DNA of 62,788 bases, the filler included. It is 6 parts of 6 records of this genome, joined end to end, with 100 filler letters (N's around TTAATTAATTAA, not from the genome) between each part and the next. Parts side by side here need not be neighbours in the genome. Positions count along the whole stretch, not along the records: positions 1 to 13,289 come from DRR723986_4319; positions 13,390 to 18,608 come from DRR723986_4330; positions 18,709 to 32,188 come from DRR723986_4333; 3 more parts are not named here. One strand, given 5' to 3'. This document shows, one piece after another, positions 10,186 through 21,201 of this stretch. The first letter of the stretch is position 1. Each line of letters starts with the position of its first letter. A program made the position numbers and the translations under genes. Below the pieces are notes generated by a model. That model had not been told where the DNA came from. It was given only the letters and a program-made list of their open reading frames with translations, and searched no databases.

Positions 10186-10682
10186 GTCCGGTCTCCCGTG
10201 AATTTCAGGTTGGACCGCAATGTGTCGAGGGCGGATTTCAAATCCTCGAAAGCCTTTTCCGAAAGACCGGAGGCCTCGGCAACACAATGCGGCACGGCAG
10301 CCGCCTTTTCCCGAAGCGCGTTGCCCTTGGCTGTCAGGCAGACATTGACGACGCGCTGGTCTTCCAGATCGCGGACGCGTGAGACAAGCTCCATTGCTTC
10401 CAGGCGCTTAATCATCGGTGTCAGCGTGTTGTATTCCAGGCTGAGCGCGTCGCCGATATCCTTGACCGTTCTCTCGTTTCTGCGCCAAAGCAGGGTCATC
10501 ACCAGATACTGCGGATAGGTGAGGCCGAGCTCTTCCAGCAAAGACCGGTAAAGGTGATTGAAGGCCAGATTGGCCTCATAGACGGCAAAACAGAGAAAAT
10601 CGTCGAGATCTCCGCCCAAGGCGTCCGGACCGGTGTTCTTCAAGGGCTTCGAGGCGCCTTTGTTTTCAGTGCGTTCTGACAT
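10182..10682 (-). CDS. MarR/OhrR-like regulator
   Basis: LDDFLCFAVY (OhrR-type Cys), LGLTYPQYLVM, TLTPMIKRLE. Confidence 0.9.
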   Translation of the reverse strand: MSERTENKGASKPLKNTGPDALGGDLDDFLCFAVYEANLAFNHLYRSLLEELGLTYPQYLVMTLLWRRNERTVKDIGDALSLEYNTLTPMIKRLEAMELVSRVRDLEDQRVVNVCLTAKGNALREKAAAVPHCVAEASGLSEKAFEDLKSALDTLRSNLKFTGDRT

Positions 10683-10752
10683 GAAACGTTCCTAAGCAGC
10701 ATTTTTTTTCTTGGCAAGCGTTGACAGAGCGAACTTGCCGATACATATACAT

Positions 10753-10775
10753 CGCACACGATTAAATCGTGCGCG
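10753..10775. promoter_or_regulatory. Palindromic operator, likely OhrR-type box
   Basis: CGCACACGATTAAATCGTGCGCG near-perfect inverted repeat between the divergent regulator and hydrolase. Confidence 0.7.
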
Positions 10776-10795
10776 AGTTAAATGGAGATCATCCG

Positions 10796-11752
10796 ATGGG
10801 AAACAAGATCGTTGGGCCGCAGGTCAACCGTCGCCAGGCGCTGATTGGCGGCGGTGTCCTTGGGCTTGGTCTGGTGATGGCACCGAAGTTCGGTGCCGCA
10901 AAACAACTGCTTGAACAGGAGAATCTGAAAATGACGACTTTCACGACATCCGATGGTGCTGAGCTTTTCTACAAGGACTGGGGGCAGGGGCAGCCGATTG
11001 TCTTCTCCCACGGCTGGCCGCTGTCGGCTGATGCCTGGGACGCGCAAATGCTGTTTTTCGGCCAGAACGGTTTTCGGGTGATTGCCCATGACCGCCGCGG
11101 CCACGGCCGCTCCAGCCAGCCATGGGACGGCAACAACATGGACCGCTACGCGGACGATCTTGCCGAACTGATCGAGCATCTGGATTTGAAGAACGTGATC
11201 CTGATCGGTCATTCCACCGGTGGTGGCGAGGTTGCCCATTATGTTGGTCGGCATGGCAATGACCGGGTCGCCAAAGTCGTTCTCGTCGGTGCTGTGCCGC
11301 CGCTGATGCTGAAAACGGCAGACAATCCGGACGGCACGCCGATGGAAGTGTTCGACGGTATCCGCCAGGGGACCGCCTACAACCGGTCGCAGTTCTTCAG
11401 GGACCTGACGGTACCTTTCTATGGTTTCAACCGCGATGGGGTCGACACCAATCAGGGTCTGCAGGAAAGCTTCTGGCTGCAGGGCATGGCCGGTGGCATC
11501 AAGGGTCAGTACGACTGTATTCGCGAGTTCTCGGAAGTCGACTACACTGGTGACCTGAAGGCCATCAAGGTGCCGACGCTGATCGTGCATGGCGACGACG
11601 ACCAGATCGTGCCCATCAAGGCTTCTGCCCACCGGGCGGCGGAAATCGTCGATGACGCCACCTTGAAGATCTATGCTGGCGGCGGCCACGGTCTTGCACA
11701 ATTGCAGGCCGAGGAGTTCAACAACGACGTTCTGGCATTCATCCGCGGATAA
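10796..11752 (+). CDS. Non-heme chloroperoxidase/perhydrolase (alpha/beta hydrolase) with Tat-like leader
   Basis: [33 protein letters not shown] nucleophile elbow, HGDDDQIVP. Confidence 0.92.
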   Translation: MGNKIVGPQVNRRQALIGGGVLGLGLVMAPKFGAAKQLLEQENLKMTTFTTSDGAELFYKDWGQGQPIVFSHGWPLSADAWDAQMLFFGQNGFRVIAHDRRGHGRSSQPWDGNNMDRYADDLAELIEHLDLKNVILIGHSTGGGEVAHYVGRHGNDRVAKVVLVGAVPPLMLKTADNPDGTPMEVFDGIRQGTAYNRSQFFRDLTVPFYGFNRDGVDTNQGLQESFWLQGMAGGIKGQYDCIREFSEVDYTGDLKAIKVPTLIVHGDDDQIVPIKASAHRAAEIVDDATLKIYAGGGHGLAQLQAEEFNNDVLAFIRG

Positions 11753-11764
11753 GCGGCGTCGGCA

Positions 11765-11796
11765 AAAACGGGCGGCTCGGTGAGCCGCCCTTTTTC
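11765..11796 (+). terminator. Intrinsic terminator
   Basis: GGGCGGCTC-GGT-GAGCCGCCC-TTTTT. Confidence 0.85.
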
Positions 11797-11938
11797 GTTG
11801 CCTGTCTCAAATTGTCTCCCCACACGGAGCGCAACAAATAACCGGACCCGGATCTGCAGCTTGGGAACGTCAACTAAGGCAACCGATCGTCATGAGTCCC
11901 GGGGATCTCCTGCACCCAGGCAATAACGCTTTTCGGGG

Positions 11939-12625
11939 CTAGTGTCTGACTGTTGCCCCACGCTCGTTGAGAAGCAGATCGAAGAGAAACGGCACATTCA
12001 TGGAGCCGAAACGGCTTGCGCGTGCGACACCTTCGTCGGAGATCTCCACAATGCCGAACATCTTGTAGAGGCGGAAAAGATAGTTCGAAGACTGGTCCAG
12101 ATCGAAATCGTAGCGTGGATCGGAAAAGAACATCCGGAACGTGTGCAGCGCCTCAAGCGGGAAACCCGTGTGATGCTCCCGCAGATTGTCGAATTTCGTG
12201 CAGAAGTCTTCCAGCGTTTCCCTGTTGCCATCCAGCTCTTCCATCTGGATGCGCTGGGCGATTACAAAGTCGGCGATATGTTCCTTGCCGTAGTCGGTCA
12301 GCCCGCGCTCGATCAGGTGCCCCTGCATCTCTTCGGGCAGGGGCTTTTCCGTGGTCCTCATGTAGCCGAGGTGTTCCAGGCGGGCATAAAGTTCGTTCGT
12401 GACGCTGCCGGGCCCGGTCAGAAAGACTGGTTCGTGCTCATCGTCCATGAGCTGTATGGCACCGCGCAGGGTCGAAAAATCGCCATCGCTGAGCGCATGC
12501 ACCAGAAAGCTCGTGTCCGGCCACCATTTGGCTGATTGAGGGTCGTTTGTCGCCGAGAAGAGCGTGAACTCTTCCCCGTCTCCATTCCGGACAACCGGCT
12601 GATGGTTCTCGTTTTGAAGGACCAT
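11939..12625 (-). CDS. Hypothetical protein
   Basis: 228-aa ORF with AGGGAG RBS; no recognised family. Confidence 0.7.
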   Translation of the reverse strand: MVLQNENHQPVVRNGDGEEFTLFSATNDPQSAKWWPDTSFLVHALSDGDFSTLRGAIQLMDDEHEPVFLTGPGSVTNELYARLEHLGYMRTTEKPLPEEMQGHLIERGLTDYGKEHIADFVIAQRIQMEELDGNRETLEDFCTKFDNLREHHTGFPLEALHTFRMFFSDPRYDFDLDQSSNYLFRLYKMFGIVEISDEGVARASRFGSMNVPFLFDLLLNERGATVRH

Positions 12626-12646
12626 TTGAAATAAGCTCCCTGGCGC

Positions 12647-12673
12647 AAAAAAGAGGGCGGCCGGAGCCGCCCT
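12647..12673 (-). terminator. Intrinsic terminator after monomeric idh
   Basis: On minus strand AGGGCGGC-TCCG-GCCGCCCT followed by CTTTTTT. Confidence 0.75.
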
Positions 12674-12700
12674 ACTTCTACCCAAGGGTGTATTCGCAAA

Positions 12701-13289
<589 letters not shown>

Positions 13290-13389
13290 NNNNNNNNNNN
13301 NNNNNNNNNNNNNNNNNNNNNNNNNNNNNNNNNTTAATTAATTAANNNNNNNNNNNNNNNNNNNNNNNNNNNNNNNNNNNNNNNNNNNN
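13290..13389. other. Assembly/concatenation spacer (N run with TTAATTAATTAA linker); same spacer at 18609-18708, 32189-32288, 50109-50208, 57429-57528
   Basis: Identical N-flanked linker that puts stops in all frames; flanking genes are truncated. Confidence 0.99.
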
Positions 13390-14968
13390 CGCGGCGATGT
13401 TCATCGTCATGGGCGCGCTTGTGCGCACGGGTGCTTTGGCCGGTTTCACCCATCTGGCAGAGGCCAAGGCCAAGACCCAGCCCAAGACGGCGCTTGCGGC
13501 ACTGCTTGGCTTTGTCGTCATTGCCTCGGCCTTTGTGTCGAACACGCCCGTGGTGGTCGTCATGATCCCGGTTTTCGTGCAGATCGCCCGGTCGCTCGGC
13601 AGGCCCGCGTCGAAACTGCTGATCCCGCTGTCCTATGGCGCGATCATGGGGGGGACGCTGACGCTGATCGGGACATCCACGAATCTGCTGGTTGACGGTG
13701 TGGCCCGCGCGCAAGGTCTTGCGCCGTTCACGATTTTCGAGGTCACGCCCGTGGGCATTGTCGTGGTGCTCTATGGCATGGCTTATATGGCGTTGGTTGG
13801 CCCGCGCCTGCTGCCGGATCGCAGCTCGATGGCCGATATGCTGACGGGCCGCAAGAAGATGAAGTTCTTCACCGAGGTCGCCCTTCCCGAAGACAGCGCC
13901 CTGATTGGCCAGAACGTGAACGAGGTGGACCTGTTCAAACGCGAAGGCGTGCGACTGATCGACGTGCTGCGCGGCGACGCCTCGCTTCGCCGCAATATGG
14001 CGGGCGTGGTGCTGAAGGCTGGGGACCGCGTGGTTCTGCGCACCGATATGGCCGAGGTTCTGGGCCTTCAGCAAAGCAAGGATCTGCGCACGGTGGACAA
14101 GCTGTCGTCCGTTCAGACCACCACGGTTGAGGTGCTGATCTCCCCCGGCTGCCGCATGGTGGGCCGCTCGCTCGGCTCGCTGCGTTTGCGGCGGCGCTAT
14201 GGTGTCTACCCGCTGGCGGTGCATCGGCGGAACCAGAATATCGGGCGGCAGCTGGATGAGCTGATCGTGCAGGTGGGCGATACCCTGCTGTTGGAGGGCG
14301 ACCCCGCCGACATCCAGCGCCTTGCCGCCGATATGGATCTTGTCGACATCACCGCCCCCACCGAACGCGCCTATCGACGCCGCCACGCGCCGATTGCCTT
14401 TGCCGCGATGGTGGGGATTGTGCTGTTGGCGGGCTTGGGAATGGCTCCGATTTTCCTGCTCTCCGTTCTGGCCGTGGCTGTGGTTCTGATCACCCGCTGC
14501 ATCGACGCGGAAGAGGCGTTTTCCTTCGTTGATGGCCGCCTGCTGGCGCTGATCTTCGCCATGCTCGCCATCGGGGCCGCGTTGGAACACACCGGCGCGG
14601 TAGAGCTGATCGTGACCACTCTGGCCCCCTGGCTGGGGGATCTGCCGCCCTTTGTGCTGGTCTGGGTGATTTACCTGATCACCTCGATCCTGACCGAGCT
14701 TGTGTCGAACAATGCCGTCGCCGTGGTGATCACCCCCGTCGCCATAGGGCTTGGCACCGCCATCGGCGTCGATCCGCGCCCGCTGGTCATCGCGGTCATG
14801 ATCGCGGCGTCGGCCAGTTTCGCGACGCCCATTGGCTACCAGACCAACATGCTGGTGTACGGTCCCGGCGGGTATCGCTTTACCGATTTCATGAAGATCG
14901 GCATCCCCCTGAACCTGAGCCTCGGGATCGTTGTCAGCCTCGTTATTCCGATGATCTGGACGTTATGA
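13390..14968 (+). CDS. SLC13/CitMHS permease with TrkA-C domains (5' truncated)
   Basis: SAFVSNTPVV, GGTLTLIGTSTNL, TELVSNNA, FATPIGYQTN. Confidence 0.92.
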
Positions 14969-14978
14969 GGAAGCAGGC

Positions 14979-15839
14979 GTGAGCGACTATGCCAAGGGCC
15001 TCTGGCTCACGCTGACCGGTGTTCTGATCCTGTCGCCTGATGTGCTGCTGATCCGGCTTGCCGGGTTGCCGGAATGGACGCTGATGTTCTGGCGCGGGGC
15101 GGGCATGGGCGGCATGATCGCGCTGTGGCTGGTGGTCACGCAAGGGCGCGGTGTCTTGCGCGCCTTCAGGGGGGTGGGGTTGGCGGGGCTGGCCATCGGG
15201 CTGAGCTATACCATCGGTAATGTTAGCTTTCTGTATTCCGTCGGGCACACGCTGGCGGCCAATACGCTGTTCATCCTCGCCACGATGCCGGTGTTTTCGG
15301 CGCTCATCGCCCGGTTCGTTTTGGGCCAGCCGGTGCCGGGCCGGACATGGGCCACCATCGCGGCGGTACTGGCCGGGATCGGGCTGATTGCCATTGGCAG
15401 TGCCGGGGGCGGGCAGGGGGATCTGTTGGGCGATCTTGCCGCCGTGGTGACGGCGCTGTCATGGGCGGTGATCTTCGCCATCGCGGGGCAGAAGAAAACG
15501 CTTTCCATGGTGCCAGCCATGGCCATCGCCGGGTTCTTCGCCATGTTCGTCTCGCTGTTTCTTGCGCCCGGCCTGTCGGTTCCCGCCGCTTCGGTGCCTT
15601 TCGTGGCCCTGATTGCGCTGATCGTCACGCCGGGGGCCACGGCGTTGCTCAGCCTCGGGCCGCGCTATCTGCCACCGGCTGACGTCTCGCTGATCATGCT
15701 GCTGGAGGCGGTCTTTGGTCCGCTGCTGGTCTGGCTGGTGCTGGCGGAATTTCCCGGTGCCTGGACGTTGGCAGGTGGGGCCGTGGTTCTGGGGGCGCTG
15801 ACGCTCAACAATCTCGCGGCGTTGCGCGAGGGGCGTTAA
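14979..15839 (+). CDS. DMT/EamA-family transporter
   Basis: About 10 TM segments; LSPDVLLIR, GDLAA, GPRYLPPADVSLIMLLE. Confidence 0.88.
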   Translation: MSDYAKGLWLTLTGVLILSPDVLLIRLAGLPEWTLMFWRGAGMGGMIALWLVVTQGRGVLRAFRGVGLAGLAIGLSYTIGNVSFLYSVGHTLAANTLFILATMPVFSALIARFVLGQPVPGRTWATIAAVLAGIGLIAIGSAGGGQGDLLGDLAAVVTALSWAVIFAIAGQKKTLSMVPAMAIAGFFAMFVSLFLAPGLSVPAASVPFVALIALIVTPGATALLSLGPRYLPPADVSLIMLLEAVFGPLLVWLVLAEFPGAWTLAGGAVVLGALTLNNLAALREGR

Positions 15840-17611
15840 AGCGGCCAGACCAGCAGGATTGTCGGGATCGAGACGCCGATCACGATGATCTCCAACGGCA
15901 GGCCCATGCGCCAGTAATCGCCAAAGCCGTAGCCGCCGGGGCCAAGCACCAGCGTGTTGTTCTTGTGGCCAATGGGGGTCAGGAACGCCGCCGAGGCCGC
16001 CACCGCGACCGCCATCAGGAACGGGTCGGGATTGACGCCAAGCGTTTCGGCCATGCGGATGCCGACAGGGGCTGCGACAATGGCCGTGGCGGTGTTGTTC
16101 AGAACATCGCTCAGCGTCATGGTGACGACCATCAATAGTGTCAGCGTGCCCCAAGCGGGCCAGCCCGCGCTGATCGAGACCAGACCCTGCGCCAGCAATT
16201 CGGTGCCGCCGGAGGATTCCAACGCCGCACCAAGCGGGATCATGGAGCCAAGCAAAACCACCACCGGCCATTCGATGTGGTCATAGATCTCTGCCAGCGG
16301 CAGGATCTTGAACAGCACGTAGGCCACAACGACCAGACCAAGCGCAATCGGCAGATAGACCAGCCCAAGCGACGCCGCGATCACCGCCCCCGCGAAAAAT
16401 CCGATGGCGGCCCATGTCTTGCTGTCTCGGGTCACGGCAAGCCCCCGGTCGGCCAGCGTCAACCCGCCGAGCCAGTCGACCACGTCCTCGCCCGTGTCCG
16501 ACGGCGTCAGCAGCAGGAGAATATCGCCGGGCCGGATAATCGTCTGGCGCAGGCGCTGCGTCATCCGCTGGCCCTTTCGCGAGATGCCCATCAGAACCGT
16601 GCGCTTGCGCCAGCCTAGCCCGATGGCCTGCGCGGTGCGGCCTGCGATGCGGCTGCTGTCGGTCACCACCATCTCGATCAGGCTGACACCTTCGCCAACG
16701 GCATCCTCGATCGGGTGGCCCTCGGGCGCAAAATCGAGCTTCAAGGCGGTGCGGAATTCGTCGAGCGCTTCGGGAACCGCCTCCAGCACGAGAATGTCGC
16801 TGGCTTTCAGCACAAGGTTCCGCCCGGTGCCGAACCGCCGTTTGCCGTCGCGGACAAGGCCGAGAATCGCGACATCGGCTTTCTCAGCAGGCTCCAGCAG
16901 GTCGCGCAGGCGGGTGCCGACGATCTTGTTGTCCTCGGGGATCGTCAGTTCCGAGATGTAGGGGGCCAATTCCCCAAGCGTGTCACCACCGACGCCGGAA
17001 TCGCGGATCGGAATGAAGCGCCAGCCGATGAAGGCGACGAAGGCGAGGCCCGCAATGGCGGCCGCCCCGCCCACGGGGGCGAAGTCGAACATGCCGAAGG
17101 ACTCGCCAAGCGATTCCTCTCGGATCGCGGCGATGATGATATTGGGTGGGGTGCCAATGAGCGTGACCATGCCGCCAAGGATTGTCGCGAAGGACAGCGG
17201 CATCAGCGACAGGCCGGGGCTGCGGCCCGCCTTGCGGGCGGTGGCGATGTCGACGGGCATGAGCAGCGCCAGCGCCGCGACGTTGTTCATGAAGGCCGAC
17301 AGCACGCCACCGACCCCGCCCATGATGGCGATATGGGCGCCAAGCGACCGGCTGGCATCGACAAGCGTGCGGGTGATCAGGAAAACAGCGCCAGAGCGGA
17401 CCAGCCCGGCGGAAACCACCAGTACCAGCGCCACGACCAGCGTCGCGGGGTGGCCGAAGCCTGCAAACGCGTCGCTTGCGGGAACCAGCCCCAGCAAGAC
17501 CGCCACCATCAGCGCCCCGAAGGCCACCAGATCATAGCGGAAGCGGCCCCACAAAAGCAGGCCGAAGACGATACCGAAAAGCGAAAACAGGAGGATCTGG
17601 TCAGTGGTCAT
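15836..17611 (-). CDS. SLC13 permease with TrkA-C domains
   Basis: SAFMNNVAA, TLIGTPPNII, SDVLNNTAT, FLTPIGHKNN. Confidence 0.92.
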   Translation of the reverse strand: MTTDQILLFSLFGIVFGLLLWGRFRYDLVAFGALMVAVLLGLVPASDAFAGFGHPATLVVALVLVVSAGLVRSGAVFLITRTLVDASRSLGAHIAIMGGVGGVLSAFMNNVAALALLMPVDIATARKAGRSPGLSLMPLSFATILGGMVTLIGTPPNIIIAAIREESLGESFGMFDFAPVGGAAAIAGLAFVAFIGWRFIPIRDSGVGGDTLGELAPYISELTIPEDNKIVGTRLRDLLEPAEKADVAILGLVRDGKRRFGTGRNLVLKASDILVLEAVPEALDEFRTALKLDFAPEGHPIEDAVGEGVSLIEMVVTDSSRIAGRTAQAIGLGWRKRTVLMGISRKGQRMTQRLRQTIIRPGDILLLLTPSDTGEDVVDWLGGLTLADRGLAVTRDSKTWAAIGFFAGAVIAASLGLVYLPIALGLVVVAYVLFKILPLAEIYDHIEWPVVVLLGSMIPLGAALESSGGTELLAQGLVSISAGWPAWGTLTLLMVVTMTLSDVLNNTATAIVAAPVGIRMAETLGVNPDPFLMAVAVAASAAFLTPIGHKNNTLVLGPGGYGFGDYWRMGLPLEIIVIGVSIPTILLVWPL

Positions 17612-17650
17612 GGCGCAGTCTTAGCGCGCCATGACCGGGGCGTCACGGGG

Positions 17651-18394
17651 TCAGATGAACTCTGCCGTCGGGCCGGGGCGGGCATTGGCGACAGCCAGCG
17701 CATCGCTAAGCGCGATGGTCTTGTCGAAAAGCGCCCGGCCGATGATCGCGCCAGAGATATGCTGCACGTATTTCAGCCGCGCGATATCGTCGAGGCTGCG
17801 CGACAGGCCGCGCGCAATAACCGGGGCGCGGGCACCGTCGGCGAGATGAGAGATCACCCCGAGCGAGCCGTCGCTATCCTCGATATCCGCGTCAATGTCG
17901 GTGACGATGAAGGCAGCCAGCGGGTCTTCGTCGAAAGCGGCCATGAAATCTGCGGGCGTGATCGCGGCGGTGTCGCGCCAGCCATTGGTCATCAACTGCC
18001 CCTGAAACACATCCACGGCCACGACGATCTGGTCGGGGAAGCGCTTGGCCGCCTGTTTGACGATATCGGGGTTCTGCGCGGCCAGCGAGCTGACGACGAT
18101 GCGGCCTGCACCCTTGTCGATCCAGTTGGCAATGGCATCGAGGCTGCGGAACCCGCCGCCAAGCTGCACGGGAATACCGCAATGCAGGATGATATCTTCG
18201 ATGATCGCGGCATTGCCGTCACCGCCGACGACCCAATCCAGATCGGTGACATGCAGCCATTCGGCCCCATCGGCGGCAAAGCCCTTGGCCTTGGCGATCG
18301 GGTCAACATGCCAGATCTGGGGTTCTTCGATGCGGCCGCGATGCAAGCTGACGCAGCGGCCGTTCTGGAGTTCGATTGTGGGGTAGATCATCAT
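17651..18394 (-). CDS. HisA/HisF-family TIM-barrel protein (HisA paralog)
   Basis: GAEWLHVTDLD, VQLGGGFRS, VAVDV, VTDIDAD, GAIIGRALF. Confidence 0.85.
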   Translation of the reverse strand: MMIYPTIELQNGRCVSLHRGRIEEPQIWHVDPIAKAKGFAADGAEWLHVTDLDWVVGGDGNAAIIEDIILHCGIPVQLGGGFRSLDAIANWIDKGAGRIVVSSLAAQNPDIVKQAAKRFPDQIVVAVDVFQGQLMTNGWRDTAAITPADFMAAFDEDPLAAFIVTDIDADIEDSDGSLGVISHLADGARAPVIARGLSRSLDDIARLKYVQHISGAIIGRALFDKTIALSDALAVANARPGPTAEFI

Positions 18395-18572
18395 GGGTCA
18401 GGTCCTCCCGGGGTTTCTGGCGAAGACATACCTGAGTCGGGCTTTGGCCATGACGCTCGAAAACGGCATTCGCGCGATCCATGGCGTCGCGGCGGGGCTG
18501 CGAAACCCCGCTTGCACGACCCCTTGGGGTTGAAGTAGAACCGCGCCGATCAAGTATTTCAGGAGAAGCGTG

Positions 18573-18608
18573 ATGGCAGGCCATTCAAAATGGGCGAACA
18601 TCCAGCAC
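18573..18608 (+). CDS. yebC: YebC/PmpR family protein, 5' end
   Basis: MAGHSKWANIQH after AGGAG RBS. Confidence 0.9.
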
Positions 18609-18708
18609 NNNNNNNNNNNNNNNNNNNNNNNNNNNNNNNNNNNNNNNNNNNNTTAATTAATTAANNNNNNNNNNNNNNNNNNNNNNNNNNNNNNNNNNNN
18701 NNNNNNNN

Positions 18709-18744
18709 GCAGGGGAGCGCCTTCGACCACTCGGCCACCTCTCC
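18709..18744 (-). tRNA. tRNA-Ser (probably GCT), 5' half
   Basis: Reverse complement GGAGAGGTGGCCGAGTGGTCGAAGGCGCTCCCCTGC, cut by the gap. Confidence 0.88.
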
Positions 18745-19082
18745 GGTAACGCCCGTGTACGAATAAAAGCCTCACAGTTCAAGGCGTTTTTTACGCCTTG
18801 TCACTTTTTCCACCGCGCTTGGCCTCGCAACTTCTGGAAGGTGAAGACAGGCATCGAACGTTGAAATCCGGCCTGGTCGTCACAAATCGCGGAACCTGAC
18901 GCTTCGTTCGTTTGAAAATGAACCGCCTCTTTCCACCCGTCGCAAGTCGGGTTGGCAATTCGCTCGCCAGGTTTCGCTTTTTTTCCTCACCACCCGGCCA
19001 CCGTCACATCTTAGAGTTGACTTTTGGCGCGCCACCGGCAAAACGACCCTCTTTCATCAATGAATTTGGCTTTGGGTGATAC

Positions 19083-19877
19083 TTGAAAAACGTTTTTGTT
19101 TCGCTGGGTGGCGGGTGTGACGCTGCGACAAACCTCAAGAAGCTGGGCCTGAGGCATGAGCAATACCCCTTCGACTGGCTCTGGAACCTTGATGCGGGCC
19201 TGGACTACGTCTCGAAAATCATCGCGACAGACTTCAAGGGCCTTACCAGCAAGCACGACTATACTTACGCCTCGCATCAAATAAATCCGGTTGAGAAGTT
19301 CCTCATTTTCAAGAACTACCCGAAAATCGCGCATCTGCACTCCAATCCACACGACAACAGTGACGTATTGGCGGACTACAGGGTTCGGATTGACAGGTTC
19401 AGGAAACTCATCAAAGACACCGGCGAAAAAACGACCTTCATTTACTATCGCAACGCGGCAGTGGCGGAAGAAAATTCGATAAACGACTTTCATGCAGAAG
19501 TTTCGCATCTGAAAAGCGAAACAACCCTTTTTGAAGAGATGATGGCGCGTCTGCATCCAGACAAAACATTTTCTCTGGTCAGTCTCCTTGCAATACCCGC
19601 GACCTGTTTTGACAATCACGCCCTCAGGGAAAATTTGCGGCGCACCTGCTCGTGCAACCGGTCTGCAAGAACGACATTCGAAATTGTCCCGATGCGTGAC
19701 GATCGCTACCCGGAACAGTTCAATGCATGGACAGACGAGTGGACTGCGGCGCTCAGACGAGCCAGGGCTGTTTCGCCACTGGACATAATGCGTGGAAAGA
19801 TGTCGAAACGGAAAATTCGCACCCGGAAGAAACTGACCAGGCTTCTGCCTCGGGCTTCTGCCAGGCTGTTGGGTTAG
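19083..19877 (+). CDS. DUF1796-like putative papain-like cysteine peptidase
   Basis: VSLGGGC...LKKLGLRHEQYPFDWL...HLH...YRVRIDRF. Confidence 0.75.
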   Translation: MKNVFVSLGGGCDAATNLKKLGLRHEQYPFDWLWNLDAGLDYVSKIIATDFKGLTSKHDYTYASHQINPVEKFLIFKNYPKIAHLHSNPHDNSDVLADYRVRIDRFRKLIKDTGEKTTFIYYRNAAVAEENSINDFHAEVSHLKSETTLFEEMMARLHPDKTFSLVSLLAIPATCFDNHALRENLRRTCSCNRSARTTFEIVPMRDDRYPEQFNAWTDEWTAALRRARAVSPLDIMRGKMSKRKIRTRKKLTRLLPRASARLLG

Positions 19878-20018
19878 GGAGCGTTTTTCCAGAGGTGGTT
19901 CATCGCGCTACCAGAAAGTCTCAAACCCTTCTCGCATGATGATTGACTGGCCTGCCACCGCCCGCGGGAACAGACCCAGTTCCCACCTTCCCCTTCATAA
20001 TTCAGCCGCAGTCCTCTG

Positions 20019-20819
20019 GTGCGATGGACATTCTTCAACTTGGCCGGGTATCGGAGAAGTGCCATAGCCGAGCTCGCCCCTCCGACGCATCTGACACGGT
20101 TTGTCGCGGAAAGGTTTCCGTGGATCTGTGCGCTCTGGCTGCACCTTGCGCTCTATGCGTTGTTGAGCGATGCGGCGCTGTGGCGGACGATCCTGCCAGA
20201 ACCGCCCGAGCCTGTCTCCGTCGAGATCATTCCCGAATACCTGCCGCCAAGTCTGCCGGAAACCGCGCTGGAAGAAACCGACGAGAGCCAGTCGCAAACT
20301 GCGGCAATCTCCCCGCAATCCAGTGCTGATCCGTTGTCAGGTTCGAACGCGCCTTCGGAACAGGTGCCTTCTTCGAATGCCTCCTCGCCCGCGCCGACGG
20401 ACCCATCTTCTTCGAGGACCAGGCCCGAGCAGGAATGGGTTACTGCAAATGCCTATTTTGCCAATGATGTCCTGAACGACCCACGCTCCGCACAGGCACG
20501 CGAGTTTCTGCCAACCTTGACCAGTGAAGACGGACGCGAACAGATTTGCGCGCTGGAGGCAATGGAGCAGGTTCGTCATGCACGGCCGGGGTTCAAGCCG
20601 ACACGGCTTGCGCCACATGCTTTCCGCAATTCATTTCAGAAGGAAGATATGATTGTCGTGCCCGCCGGAGCCCTCAGAAGCAACCGGGTCTGGTACGAGA
20701 TCGCCTATCGATGCCGGCTGGACGCCAGCGGCAAGATCGTCAGCGGGTTCCAATATGCCCTTGGTGCACCAATCGACCGCTCGATCTGGGATGAGTACGG
20801 TCTGGCGCCGATCCATTGA
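20019..20819 (+). CDS. DUF930 domain protein (start uncertain)
   Basis: TM segment, Pro/Ser-rich linker, REQICALEAMEQV...GALRSNRVWYEIAYRC. Confidence 0.8.
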   Translation: MRWTFFNLAGYRRSAIAELAPPTHLTRFVAERFPWICALWLHLALYALLSDAALWRTILPEPPEPVSVEIIPEYLPPSLPETALEETDESQSQTAAISPQSSADPLSGSNAPSEQVPSSNASSPAPTDPSSSRTRPEQEWVTANAYFANDVLNDPRSAQAREFLPTLTSEDGREQICALEAMEQVRHARPGFKPTRLAPHAFRNSFQKEDMIVVPAGALRSNRVWYEIAYRCRLDASGKIVSGFQYALGAPIDRSIWDEYGLAPIH

Positions 20820-20931
20820 CTGGAGCGGTCCCGGCAAGGGGCCGGAAACTGGACGCGGCAGAAAACTGTGCTGCCGCGTCAGGTTGTGGATACCGGTTCA
20901 GGTGCCGTTCGGCCGGCAGCCTTGATCCGGT

Positions 20932-21201
20932 TCAATGCATCGACAGCCATTCACGAGCCGACCGCTGAGCTTCGGCGATTTCGGAAGTGGACATTTCACC
21001 GGAAATTTCCTTGCGGTAGCGAGCTGCGTCCTTGTTGCCTTTGAGGGCGGCAATGTTGAACCACTTGTGCGCTGTGATGAGATCGGTCATGCCGTGACGG
21101 CCGCAAGCGCTATCCAGACCCATCTGGAACAGGATGTCCGCGGTAACCGGCTTTTCGCCCATGATGGCCATATCGGCCGAGTGCATTTCAAAACGAGCCA
21201 T
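20932..21201 (-). CDS. Small Sel1-repeat protein
   Basis: MARFEM...DLITAHKWFNIAALKGN...EMSTSEIAEAQRSAREWL; AGGGGAG RBS. Confidence 0.88.
   Translation of the reverse strand: MARFEMHSADMAIMGEKPVTADILFQMGLDSACGRHGMTDLITAHKWFNIAALKGNKDAARYRKEISGEMSTSEIAEAQRSAREWLSMH

Noticed and set aside
13290-13389. Repeated TTAATTAATTAA palindrome in N runs (five copies in the window)
   Set aside because: Artificial contig linker. No biological adjacency should be inferred across these spacers.
16715-18538. Long + strand ORF (607 aa); likewise 23650-25398, 13334-14590, 25429-26685
   Set aside because: Antisense shadows of well-supported genes in high-GC DNA; no family motifs.
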